This document shows positions 51,164-61,500 of a stretch of DNA of 64,000 bases, in pieces; positions within the stretch are counted from its first letter, which is position 1; every line of letters starts with the position of its first letter. The DNA is taken from NCBI GenBank assembly GCA_025059875.1, contig JANXCT010000002.1, positions 87,910 to 151,909 on the forward strand. Reading direction: 5' to 3'. The notes beneath the pieces were generated by a model, which was not told the DNA's origin, did not search any database, and saw only the letters and a program-made list of their open reading frames with translations. Both the position numbers and the translations under genes were made by a program. Source of the stretch: Candidatus Kapaibacterium sp. (GTDB lineage: Bacteria; Bacteroidota; Ignavibacteria; Kapaibacteriales; HRBIN21).

Positions 51164-51542
51164 ATGCTACACCTCACACGACATGCTCAAGTTCGGATGA
51201 AGCAACGCGGAGTACCTCGCGAATTCGTCGCCCTACTACTCCTCTTCGCAAAGCTGTTGCATTGTCGGGATGGCTTCAGCTTCCGGCTAACATGCAAGCA
51301 ATCCCGTCAGATTCAGAGGCTTTTTCTCGACTGTGCTCCTGAAACAGGTACCGAAAGAGATTGTCCGAGCGCTCTGTCGACTCTTGGAATGGAAGGAGGA
51401 CGAGGTTGAAGTTCTCCACCGAAAGATTGCAGCTTTGCTTCGCCAAAAAGGGGCCAAGCTTACTCAGCTATACCTCGTGGTCGGTTCTGACGGCTACATT
51501 GCCACCGTTGCTCATCGAATGTCCCGGCTGAAATACGACTAG
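51164..51542 (+). pseudogene. DUF4258-like small protein split by a +1 frameshift
   Basis: N part LTRHAQVRMKQRGV (51164-51409) and C part LYLVVGSDGYIATVAHR (51333-51542) lie in overlapping frames and together look like one family member. Confidence 0.55.
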
Positions 51543-51865
51543 GCCACAATAGTTGCAGTGGGTTCGTGGGGGATGATCCGGCAACTTTGGCTGCTTCCCA
51601 CTCTTCTACTGTGTATTGCCGGAGAAGACTAATGCTGTGCTCAGCGACGCCGAGGAGGACTTCCTCGCCTACCCGGACGGCACATAGCATTGCCTTCGGC
51701 GTCATAGGCAGCTGGGCTAGCAGCCGAAACCGCGGCCCGTCTGTATTCCTTCCGCTCAGTGCCCACCGACGGATCCCATACGCGGCTGCTCCTAAAACTG
51801 CCTCCTAAAACTGCAAAGAAGCCTACCAAGGTCAGCACTGTGCGAATCAACATCCCCTCGTCCAT
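51460..51865 (-). pseudogene. fliO: Flagellar export protein FliO, frameshifted
   Basis: Removing one copy of the 13-bp tandem duplication at 51789-51814 restores TM-AAAYGIRRW...RLLAQLPMTPKAMLCAVRVGEEVLLGVAEHSISLL. Follows fliN. Confidence 0.8.
51789..51814. repeat. 13-bp tandem duplication (CTCCTAAAACTGC x2)
   Basis: Exact direct repeat at 51789-51801 and 51802-51814. Confidence 0.95.
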
Positions 51866-51868
51866 CCT

Positions 51869-52288
51869 TTACCTCCGCAGGCCGTGCAACCGTTCTGCCG
51901 GTTCCACTAGAGTTGTAATCCGAATGCCGAAATGCTTGTCTATGACAACCACCTCCCCTTCGGCAATCTTCTTGCCGTTGACGAGCACATCTACAGGATC
52001 CGTGATGAGGCGCTCAAACTCTATGACTGAGCCACGTCCCAAGCGAAGGATATCGCGGATGAACATCATCGTGCGGCCGAGCTCCACTGATACTGGTAGC
52101 TGAATGCTGAAGAGAAGCTCTAGCTTGGGATCGTGCAGGAATTCTTCAGCTTTGAGTCCCCGTACTTCTCCACCCAGTTGAGCACTCTCCTGGGGGGTGA
52201 ACCCCTCCTTTGGAGCTTCTCCACCAGTGGAGGGCTGTGCTGTCCCCGACTCAGGGATTTCTGGAGCGATAGACTCTTGCTCTGGCAT
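51869..52288 (-). CDS. fliN: Flagellar motor switch protein FliN
   Basis: VSVELGRT, LGRGSVIE, PVDVLVNGKKIAEGEVVVIDKHFGIRIT. Confidence 0.9.
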   Translation of the reverse strand: MPEQESIAPEIPESGTAQPSTGGEAPKEGFTPQESAQLGGEVRGLKAEEFLHDPKLELLFSIQLPVSVELGRTMMFIRDILRLGRGSVIEFERLITDPVDVLVNGKKIAEGEVVVIDKHFGIRITTLVEPAERLHGLRR

Positions 52289-52300
52289 TGTCCACTACCC

Positions 52301-53278
52301 TCACATGATCTCGCTCGGATCGATTGGGCGTACAATCTGAACAGCCCGTCGGCCAGTGACACTGCCTGGCCGCACCCACAGCTTAGGCTGCTCCTGAATG
52401 AAGAGCATCAACAAGTCTGTCGTCTGTGTATCCAGCCGCAGAACATCTCCGACGCGAAGCTGCAGTAGCTCTTTGACAGTAATGGTAGCAGTGCCTAACT
52501 GTACAGCCACTTGCAGTGGCAGGGTCAGTAGGTGTCCCAAAATGGTAGCGCTATTGGCTTGCTGCTGCTCTGGGTGTGCAGCATGGGTGACTTGTTGGCG
52601 TTCCAAGCGGCTCAGGACATCTTCTAACGCGAATGTCGGATAGCAGAGGCTCATCATGTAAGAATGAATCCCAATGGAGACTAACGACGACCACAATTTC
52701 AGAAGCAGAAGCAATTTGAACGAAGTCGGGCTCCGTCTCCATTCGGACCAGACGAAACTCCAAAGGCGCTGTCGGTGCCCAGCTCTCTTCCAGCACACGA
52801 CACATGTGCTCTACTACCCCTTTGAGCACCGCCTGTTCAATGGGCGTAATAGACCGCGTCTTTGGGGGCGGAGTGATGCCCTCCCCACCAAGCAGACGCT
52901 CTACAATGACTAATGCCAACTGCTGGCTCAGTTCCAAAATGATGTGTTGCTGAGAGCCCCCAACCTCTGCCACATACAGGCAACCCGGACGAGGTAATGA
53001 CAACAAGTACTCGGAGTAGAAGAGCTGGTCTACGGAGGTCACGCTCAATGAGGCCAGGGCTTGGAGCCGAGACAGTAAGTGGTAAGCCACCGTCTCAGCG
53101 AATGACTCGTGGATAGACTGGAGCGATCGCAGTTGGGCTTTAGAGATACGGTTAGGGCGACGGAAGTCATAGGGGAGGACTTGCTTAGGGGCTTCCTGGA
53201 GTAAGGATTCCACTTCTACCATCCCGCTAGAGACGACAAGAGGGCATCGATCTCTTGCTGACTCAGCACTGGCGGCAT
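52301..53278 (-). pseudogene. fliM: Flagellar motor switch protein FliM with two frameshifts
   Basis: MPPVLSQQEIDALL (53278, stop 53216-53218). A second frame gives YDFRRPNRISK...EIVVVVS. A third frame gives IGIHSYMMSLCYP...LRVGDVLRL. Confidence 0.85.
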
Positions 53279-53290
53279 TCTGGAGGTAGC

Positions 53291-53809
53291 TTACTGGATA
53301 ACAAACTTGGAGAAGTAGACATTTCGCAGGTGAATCTCCGGCAGGAGTAGTTCCAGCTCCTGGCGGATTCGCATCCTTAGGCTATCCCGGATCCCTACTG
53401 TCTGGAGTTCCTCTACCGAGTACGAGGACACGACCGACATGATGCGGTCACGGACGGGAATCATCAGCTCCCGACGGAGACGCTCTCCCTCCTTAGGATT
53501 TGCAACTTCTAGGCCAAGTGCCACGAGAACGTAGCGAGAAGAGGAGCCACGCGGGTTGACGACCAGATCGTCTACTGGCACAATCACTCCGGTTGGGACG
53601 TTGGCTGTAGCCTCAGCTGTGATCTCTTTGTGGCCATGCTGCTGGAGGGATTGTCCCGATGGTGGAGTCACAAACGTTCGGAGGACTACCACCAAGACCA
53701 CTACCTGCAGCGCTACTGCTCCGCCCATCAGCCCGATAATCACAGGAAGGCTAAGTCTTTTGGAGCTCCCCTCCTTGCTCTCAACCTTCGATCCCGCCAT
53801 GGCCGCCAT
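53291..53809 (-). CDS. fliL: Flagellar basal body-associated protein FliL
   Basis: Single N-terminal TM, LVVNP...RYV, VRDRI, NVYFSKFVIQ. Directly upstream of fliM. Confidence 0.85.
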   Translation of the reverse strand: MAAMAGSKVESKEGSSKRLSLPVIIGLMGGAVALQVVVLVVVLRTFVTPPSGQSLQQHGHKEITAEATANVPTGVIVPVDDLVVNPRGSSSRYVLVALGLEVANPKEGERLRRELMIPVRDRIMSVVSSYSVEELQTVGIRDSLRMRIRQELELLLPEIHLRNVYFSKFVIQ

Positions 53810-53839
53810 GGGTGTCACACACTGGTACCACGTGTTACA

Positions 53840-55195
53840 TTATCGGACGTCCTGCGGAGAGCCTAAGGGGTAGACCGAAGGACGCCCAATGCTATGGTAC
53901 TCAAAGCCAAGGCGCAGCATCTCTGGAGGGGAGAAGAGATTGCGTCCGTCAAAGATGATGGCCTGCCGGAGGCAACGCCGGAGGTGATGGAAATCCGGGT
54001 TGCGAAATTCTGCCCACTCTGTAGCAATGATGAGGGCATCAGCCCCTTCCGCACATTCGTAAGCCGATGAAGTGTAAGTGAGTCTCTCTCCGTAGAGCCG
54101 ACGAAGGTTGTCAAGCGCCTGTGGATCGTAGACCCGAATCTGCCCCCCATCCTGCAGCAACGCATCAATCACGTACAGTGCTGGAGCCTCGCGGATATCG
54201 TCCGTATTTGGCTTGAAGGCGACTCCCCAGAGGGCAAGCACTCTACCGTCGATGGACCCGAATCGACGACGAATCTTCTCAACAAAGCGCCGGAGCTGCC
54301 GCTCATTAACCCTCGCCACTGCCGGAATCAGCTCCAAGGGGACCTCCACCGAACGCGCCGATTGCACCAGAGCGCGGATATCCTTCGGTAGGCAGCTTCC
54401 TCCATATCCCAAGCCAGCAAAGAGGTACCGCTTTCCAATTCGGCTATCGGCTCCCATTCCGAGACGGACCTGTTCTATGTCCGCTCCAATCGCCTCACAG
54501 TATGCCGATAGCTCATTCATGAACGACACACGCATCGCCAGAAAGGCATTTGAAGCGTACTTGACAACCTCAGCGCTGGTCTCATCCATCACATAGATCG
54601 GGTTGCCAGTCCGCACAAAGGGTTCGTAGAGGGTCCGCAACACCGTAGCAGCCCAGGGATCACGAGTACCGATGATGACCCGCTCTGGCTTCATGAAGTT
54701 CTCTACGGCAGAACCCTGGCTAAGGAATTCAGGGTTGGAAGCGACGGTGATCTGGACAGTGGGAAGCTCTCGGTGGAAGAGCTCTGCCAATTGCCGTGTT
54801 GTTCCGGGAGGTACTGTACTCTTCGTCACCAGCAAGCGGCGCCCCTCCGGTGGGAACTGCCGGTAGTACTCTATGAGCTCCCGAGCTACAGCGAAGACAC
54901 GCCGAACATCTGCAGAGCCATCTTCCTGCGAAGGGGTCGGCAAGCACAGCATGAGAACATCACAGTTGGCGGCTGCTTCGGATAATTCGGTGGTGAAGCT
55001 AACGCGCTGCTTCTGTAGGTTTCTGCTCAACAAGGCCTGAAGGCCAGGCTCGTAGAAAGGGATTTCACCACTCCGTAGGCGTTCAATCTTCGCAGCATCC
55101 ACGTCGACACAGATGACTTCGTTCCCCGTCTCAGCAAAACAGAGTCCCGTAACCAGACCTACGTATCCCGTGCCGATAATCCCAACTCGGTACAT
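53840..55195 (-). CDS. ugd: UDP-glucose 6-dehydrogenase
   Basis: GTGYVGL, KSTVP, SNPEFL, KYASNAF, GYGGSCLPKD, FKPNTDD, DGRN. Confidence 0.93.
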   Translation of the reverse strand: MYRVGIIGTGYVGLVTGLCFAETGNEVICVDVDAAKIERLRSGEIPFYEPGLQALLSRNLQKQRVSFTTELSEAAANCDVLMLCLPTPSQEDGSADVRRVFAVARELIEYYRQFPPEGRRLLVTKSTVPPGTTRQLAELFHRELPTVQITVASNPEFLSQGSAVENFMKPERVIIGTRDPWAATVLRTLYEPFVRTGNPIYVMDETSAEVVKYASNAFLAMRVSFMNELSAYCEAIGADIEQVRLGMGADSRIGKRYLFAGLGYGGSCLPKDIRALVQSARSVEVPLELIPAVARVNERQLRRFVEKIRRRFGSIDGRVLALWGVAFKPNTDDIREAPALYVIDALLQDGGQIRVYDPQALDNLRRLYGERLTYTSSAYECAEGADALIIATEWAEFRNPDFHHLRRCLRQAIIFDGRNLFSPPEMLRLGFEYHSIGRPSVYPLGSPQDVR

Positions 55196-55216
55196 CAGAG
55201 GCTCTTCATCGTCAGG

Positions 55217-55978
55217 CTATTCCAGCTCAAAGGCAAAGGTGATAATGCCGACCATCTCCATCTGGGTCGGCAGGGGATTGAAACGCCACTGACGCAGCGC
55301 CTCTACAGCCACCCGCTCCAGCACCGGATCCGTGCGCTGGACAGGGATGATCGTTCCGACAGTACCATCAGGCAGCACAGTAAACCGCAGACGCACTCTC
55401 CCTCCAACGTTGTGTCCCCGCGGGTACTGCGGCAAAACCCTGTAGACCACAATTCGGTTACCCCCACCTCCCCACTGAATATCGAACCCTAAACCTCGGC
55501 CACTCCCACTGCCCTGGAGCCCTAGTCCAGAGCCTTCAGCCGACCTTTCTGGGACACCGGCTGCCCCTCCCGATTCTCCCGGCGAGTTCGTAGCAGCCTT
55601 CGTCGTCTCTGGAACAGGTCGTGGTATGGCATGCACGGACTCCGTGACACCCCCGGCTCTCTGTGTGGAACGAGAGGCTATCTGAGCATCCTCCAACGGA
55701 GAGCGCGCTGGCCGTGCCCTCCGCGCCGCACCTTCTGGCGATAGACTACCACCGGCTGGTTTTTCGCCTTCACCCCACCCAAGGGTCAAGAGCTCCACGG
55801 GAATGCTGCGAGCCTCGAGCTGTCGTGGAGGCTCAGGAATCCATCGTACGTTGAGCATGAGGAGGAAGATGCAGATATGCAGCAGGAGCGACAGCAGAAA
55901 GGCACGGGCAGTGATGCGGTCCCAGGGGATGCGTACGGTCAGAACGGTCGTCCGCTCGTAAGAGGTATGCATCTTCAT
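55217..55978 (-). CDS. TonB-family energy transducer
   Basis: N-terminal TM with SLLLH, Gly/Pro-rich linker, TonB_C (PQYP...VRLRFTVLPDG...ALRQWRFNP). Confidence 0.8.
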   Translation of the reverse strand: MKMHTSYERTTVLTVRIPWDRITARAFLLSLLLHICIFLLMLNVRWIPEPPRQLEARSIPVELLTLGWGEGEKPAGGSLSPEGAARRARPARSPLEDAQIASRSTQRAGGVTESVHAIPRPVPETTKAATNSPGESGGAAGVPERSAEGSGLGLQGSGSGRGLGFDIQWGGGGNRIVVYRVLPQYPRGHNVGGRVRLRFTVLPDGTVGTIIPVQRTDPVLERVAVEALRQWRFNPLPTQMEMVGIITFAFELE

Positions 55979-57025
55979 TCACTGGACCCTCACAATCCAG
56001 GCATTCGTAGCTCCGAAGCGCAGAGCTGCTTGCTCAGCTTGTAGACGAGTTGCATACGGCCCAAAGCGTACGCGCCACCACGTCTGTCCTCGAATGTTCA
56101 CGGCACTGACCACAACGGCTGGAGCTCCTTGTCGGCGGAGGTACTCTGCCACTTCCTTGGCATCATCCAGGGAAGGCGAGGCATAGACTTGGACAGCATA
56201 CCAATCCTGGGACTCTCCTCGTGCTAGCGGAGCTGGAAGATGCTGAGGTGCTTTTCGTAACACCACTGTCGTAGCTCTCATAGGTCTAGGGCTTTTGGGG
56301 CTTGGTGGTTGATTTGTTTTTGCTGACTGTGTTGTTGTTGGGAGACCAGTTTGCAATAACGGCGAAAAGACCTCGACCCTCACAGGATCTACCCACACCA
56401 CCTCTCGAAATGGAGCATCCACCGAATGCTGTTGCCCGTACTGCTGTCCAATCCCCTTGGGCTCCACCTCCCCGAGCTCTGTTCCTCCGAGAAGCACAAC
56501 ATCCCATCGGCGCGCCGTTCCGAGGTGCCAGAGAAGAGCTCCTCCACCCAGGACAAGGAGCACGAGGAGGAGGTCTACGAGCACAGCACGACGTGACTGT
56601 GCACCCTTGCGCGGCTTTGATGTAATGGCTGGTGGTGTTGTCGGTAATTCCTTCTGTGCAACGAGCAGTTGGAGCTGAGAAGGATGTTTCGGTAGCTCCC
56701 CAAGGTCTATCTCTACAGGCGCAGCACTGTGGGACACTGGCTTGCTCGGAGGTACAGGTATTCCAGCCACAGAACGCGCTCGATGTCGCTGTGCTGAACG
56801 CTGGAGCTCTTCCTCTAAGATTCGGCGGAGCTCCTCATCAAGCCGCAGTACCTCTTCGGGCGACAATTCGCTGCCATGTGTGAAGAAACCACCTGCACCC
56901 TGGTCTACATCCTGGGATTGCCACGGAAGGCTTCCTGGGTAGGGAGCGCTCTCCAGCAAAAAGCTCTCCCGATCTGTTTCGGGCTCGAACCCTGTTGCTT
57001 CCTCTGGCCGGTAGTCCTGCTTCAT
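55979..57025 (-). CDS. Membrane-anchored SPOR-domain protein
   Basis: Acidic N region, one TM, C-terminal YAVQVYA...WWRVRFGPY...A. ATGA overlap at 57022-57025. Confidence 0.8.
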   Translation of the reverse strand: MKQDYRPEEATGFEPETDRESFLLESAPYPGSLPWQSQDVDQGAGGFFTHGSELSPEEVLRLDEELRRILEEELQRSAQRHRARSVAGIPVPPSKPVSHSAAPVEIDLGELPKHPSQLQLLVAQKELPTTPPAITSKPRKGAQSRRAVLVDLLLVLLVLGGGALLWHLGTARRWDVVLLGGTELGEVEPKGIGQQYGQQHSVDAPFREVVWVDPVRVEVFSPLLQTGLPTTTQSAKTNQPPSPKSPRPMRATTVVLRKAPQHLPAPLARGESQDWYAVQVYASPSLDDAKEVAEYLRRQGAPAVVVSAVNIRGQTWWRVRFGPYATRLQAEQAALRFGATNAWIVRVQ

Positions 57026-58599
57026 TGCCATACCCACCGCAGCGTTGCACCAACGAAGATGCCACGTTCTGGGTAGCCCTGCCACTGCACAATCTCGGCA
57101 TTGAGGGCATTGTCCGCGAACAGGGTCAGCTGCAATCTTGGCACGATTGTATACCGAAGCTCACCCCACAATCGAACGTATGCGGCCAACTCCCTGTCGG
57201 GAGCTACCTGTCGTGAACCTACAATCTCTATGCCAAGAGTGCTCCACAGTCCCGCGCGCCATTGCCGATCGTACCGCGCTCGGAGCTGGAGAGGAGCGTA
57301 GTATGCTACGAACCCTTGTGTGTGTGCTCTGGCACGGCCAAGCAGCACTGACCCGCCAGCGAAGTTAGCGTCGGAAAGCTGCGCAAGCCCATGGGCTGTT
57401 AGTTCTACTACCTCTACAGGGAGTGCCCAAAGAAGGAATCCTACGCTATCGGGACGCCAGCTCCACCATCGTCTCACTGAACGAGCCCGTGCTGAGACTT
57501 CCATACTCCAAAGAGCCGACGGACTCCACTCCGCCCCTATGCTAACCCCCAGACGTTCATGTGGAAAAGTCGGCATGCTGTTTGTGCTAGCGTATGGATT
57601 CGTCTGCCATATCTCCCGCCATCCCCCTGGGTGGATACGTGACCACCCTCTCGCCAACACTCGCCAGCCTTCACTAAGCCGGTATTGCACTGTGCCCTCT
57701 AAGACCGGGAAGAAGAAGGAAGCTCCTGTGTATGCTCTCGCTAGCTGTATCCCCACAACTCCCTGGAGGTACAGGGTTGCCTGAGGTGCCCATGCTGCTG
57801 CAAGGCCAAACTCGCTGAAGATTTGCGTCTCCTCCCCCCATAGTCGCAGATCCAGTAGGCTTCGAATCCCAACGTTCGAAACCGATGCTGAAGGGTAGAC
57901 CGCCTGGACCTCTACCTGAAGCTGCTGCTCACTTTGCCCTACGCTGGCCTGGGAGAGCGAACTCATAAACAACTCTGCCCCAACTCGGTACCGCAAATCC
58001 TCTATCCTACCCCCGAGTTCCCCTCCCCCACCGAAACGGAGCAGTGACCGGCGCACTGGAAGAGAGTCCCCGAAGAGGCGATAGCGATTCCAGTGAGCTG
58101 AGAAGTCTACCGTAGCAGCTGCATTCTGAAAGAACCACAACGCTGACGGTAAGCGGAACTGCGCCTGTCCCCTGAGCAATACACTAGTTGAATCCGCGAA
58201 TGCTACGTGTCCTGCAGTAGTACTCCCATCAACTGCAGCTATTACTTTCCCTTCGCGAAGCCCCCACTGGCTAAAAGCTTTAATGCCAATGGTCGTATAC
58301 TGCCCTAGCCTCCCCTCAACGAAGCTGTGGACGGTCGAGGGCAGAGTAAGAGCGTTTGGGAGTTCCGGCTTTGGAAAGAACTCCATGAGGGTATGCTTTG
58401 CAGTCGGGTTGAGCGTGTCCAGAAGTTGCCGTGGAAGGGGATTCGGAGGTGCAGGTGGTTGTTTAGCCCCGCCTGGGATACGGCGCTCCTCCTGTCCGAC
58501 GATCACAACCTCCGGAAGCTCGAGCGGCGGAGGCACCTGGGCAAATAGCACCAGTCCCAATACCAGCATTCCCCAAAAGCCCAACAGCAGACGCATCAC
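57022..58599 (-). CDS. Outer-membrane beta-barrel, TonB-dependent-receptor-like
   Basis: Signal peptide LFA|Q, LPEVVIVG (TonB-box-like), amphipathic strands, DNALN...GIFVGATLRW. Confidence 0.6.
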   Translation of the reverse strand: MMRLLLGFWGMLVLGLVLFAQVPPPLELPEVVIVGQEERRIPGGAKQPPAPPNPLPRQLLDTLNPTAKHTLMEFFPKPELPNALTLPSTVHSFVEGRLGQYTTIGIKAFSQWGLREGKVIAAVDGSTTAGHVAFADSTSVLLRGQAQFRLPSALWFFQNAAATVDFSAHWNRYRLFGDSLPVRRSLLRFGGGGELGGRIEDLRYRVGAELFMSSLSQASVGQSEQQLQVEVQAVYPSASVSNVGIRSLLDLRLWGEETQIFSEFGLAAAWAPQATLYLQGVVGIQLARAYTGASFFFPVLEGTVQYRLSEGWRVLARGWSRIHPGGWREIWQTNPYASTNSMPTFPHERLGVSIGAEWSPSALWSMEVSARARSVRRWWSWRPDSVGFLLWALPVEVVELTAHGLAQLSDANFAGGSVLLGRARAHTQGFVAYYAPLQLRARYDRQWRAGLWSTLGIEIVGSRQVAPDRELAAYVRLWGELRYTIVPRLQLTLFADNALNAEIVQWQGYPERGIFVGATLRWVWQ

Positions 58600-61500
58600 G
58601 GGTTCCTCCGCTGCATTCGGTTGAGACGACTCCGTGCAATCCGACCGTACTCATCGTTTGGACGAAGGGTCAACAAGACGCGGTAGAGCTCCATGGCCGC
58701 TTGTGGGTTCCTCATCTGCTCGTAGCACTCTCCGGCCTGTAGGAGGCTGAGGGAGTACCAGTTTTCTTTTCCTTGGTGGCTGGTTTGGAGTTGGCGGAAT
58801 GCAATAACGGCACTATCGCACCGCCCTTCTCGCATCCACGCTTCCCCGACGTAGTAGAGGGCTTCCGCCCCCAAGTCATCGCTCCGCAGCGCTAACGGTG
58901 TTAGGTAGCTCCGCACAGAGTCATACCGTTCGCGGCTCCGCCAGTAGAGTGCCACTTGATACCGTGCTTGGGCAGAGACTTCCGTAGTCGGATACTCCGC
59001 AATGGCTCGATGCCAGAAGCCCAGCGCAGCCATGGTGTCGCCACGTACATACGCCAACGTCCCACGACGGAAGACTGCCTCCGCACGTTGTACACTGTCT
59101 CCCTTCTGCTCCACGCGCTGGTACAGCCGATCAGCCACCACAGGATCACGGCGTGCCTCTTCGTGAGCCAGCTCTAGGAGAGTCTGCGCAGCATACCGGA
59201 GCTGAGGGTAGTTCTGCTGAAGCTGCTCGCTGAACCGTCGTGCTGCCTCTAGCTCACCTAACGCGAGAGCGCTGCGGAAAGCCCAATAGAGCGCTTCCGG
59301 CGTCCGCTCGCTGTACGGATAGCGCTGAGCAAAGTCCCGATACTCCTGCAGAGCAGCACCGTACTGTCGCTGAGTGAAGAGGAGTTCTGCTCTCTTCAGT
59401 CGGGCTTCTTCTTCTAGGCGCGTTGCTGGATACCGCTGCGCGATGGAATCAGCCCAGCGATATGCTTCCTCGGTCTGGCCCAAGGCCAGTAGACAGTACT
59501 GGACGCTCTTGACAGCCTCTACAGCATACGGACTACTAGGGTAACGTTCGACGACAGTGCGGTATGCCTGGAGCGCTTCGTGCCACTGCTCCATGTTGTA
59601 GTACGCATTGCCGATGGCAAACCATGTCCGCGCCGCCAATGGCGAATTTGGGTAGCTCTGCAAGAGGTTCCGGAAACGCTCAACGGCTTCTCCATACTGT
59701 TGCTGCTGGAAGGCCAGCCACCCAAGGAAGTAGAGCGCTTCGTCAGCCAGAGAAGACGTCGGATAGGTCCGTGCGAAGTACCGGAACGCTCGTTCTGCAG
59801 CTGCATAGTCGCGGAGGCGATAGAGGACGTAGCCATACTGGTAGGCTGCATACTCCCCCTCGGGAGTCTTCGGAAACCGCTGCGCTAGCTCCCAATAGAC
59901 TGTAGCTGCCTGACGGTACTGCCGTAGCAGGTAGAGTGCGTCGGCGCGACGAACGTATGCTTCGGGTGCATAGCGTGTCTGAGGAAATTCGCTGAGGAGG
60001 CGTTCGAACCAGAAGGCAGCACGCTCCATCTGCTGCATCCGAAAGGCACACCATGCTGTCCCATACAGGGCCTCCTCTCGACGTGGACTCTGCGGGTACC
60101 GCAGCAGAACGCGCTCAAACGTCTGGAGAGCTCGCTCTATCTGTCCCACCCGATAGTAGGCTTCGGCCAGCCAGAAGAGAATCTCATCGGGCTGTAGCGC
60201 TGCGGCAAGGTCTTCCCCAACAAGCCGCTCCAGCGGTGCTATCGCCTCTCCTGGACGGTGGAGCATAAGAAGTGATGTTGCTGCTCCCAAGAGGGCTCGC
60301 TCTCGGTATGCGCGCCACCTCGGCACCAAGAGGGTATCGGCTTGCTGAAGCATTTGCTCTGCAGTCCGGAACGTACGTAGGGCCTGCTCCCACTGTTCCA
60401 GTTGCTGATACACCGAGCCGAGAAGGACCAGGATCTGGAGCGTTGTCACCGCATCGGTGGCCTCCCGGAGAGCCTGCTCTAACTGGAGCCGCGCATTCCG
60501 GTACTGGGCTGCCTCGTAGCTGAGCTGCCCCAACTCCAGCAGGACCCTCGCCGGATACGGGAAGTCCCGCTGCAGGCTCAATTCTAGAAGCTCCTGCCGA
60601 GCTGCTGCGGTATCTCCGAGAGCCTTGAGGGCTGACGGTACATAGAGACGAGCGAGGGACGTCACGAGCCGATCTGAGCTACCGCGCAGCGCTTTCAACT
60701 GCTGAAGTGCCTCTTCCGATTTCCCTCGTCGCAGGTCGATCCACGCCTTCTGAAAGCGGGCACGGTCTGCCAAAAAGCCCTGCGGATAGCGCCGCAGGAG
60801 CTCGTCAAAGTACTGCTGAGCAGCCTCCCACTGCTCACGCTGAAGGTAAGCTTCTGCTCGAACGTACAGTAACTCCTGCTCTTGAACTTCGAAGGATCGG
60901 AATGGCTCGCAGCCCTGCCGTACGGGCTCTCCTCTCCGCAGGCGTTCGATGAGGAGCTGGAGGCCTTCTGTCAACTCCAACGCCTGGGCGAACTCCCGGA
61001 GGATAAGGCGCACGTACGCCTCACGGGCAAAGGCAGTCAGAGTCGCCGTATGACATGGGTACGTCTGTCGCAGCAATTGCAGCCGCTGAGCTGCTTGTCG
61101 GTACTGTTGTTCCAGCTCTGCGAGGAACGCCCAGAATAACAAGACATCATCAGCAAACTGTGACGATGGATACTGCTGCACGTACCGCGCCGCCAGGGTG
61201 TCGGCTCGACGGTACTGTCCTAGATGGAGGAGGGCGAGGAAATACCAGTACTCCACCGTAGACATTACCGACAGCTGCAAGGTTGTGTCAGGGATGCTCC
61301 GAAACCCAGCCAATGCAGAATCCCACCAACGTAGCGCCTCCTCGTACTGCTGGAGGTGAAAGGCTGCAATCCCGGCCCATTGCAGTATCCACGGCCGCAG
61401 TGAAGAGAGCGGCGCTTCTACCAGCAATGTTGCCAACGCCTCGGACCCCTGCCGCCACAATCCTTGCCGCAGCAGACTCCTGGTCGCAACAAAGCTTGCC

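Noticed and set aside
52301..53278. Programmed frameshifting or a naturally split FliM
   Set aside because: There are two independent breaks with no slippery runs, one apparently deleting residues, and the adjacent fliO is also broken. Pseudogenisation is simpler.
53813..53839. Imperfect palindrome upstream of fliL as an operator
   Set aside because: It has mismatches and an uneven spacer, with no matching regulator or clear second copy.
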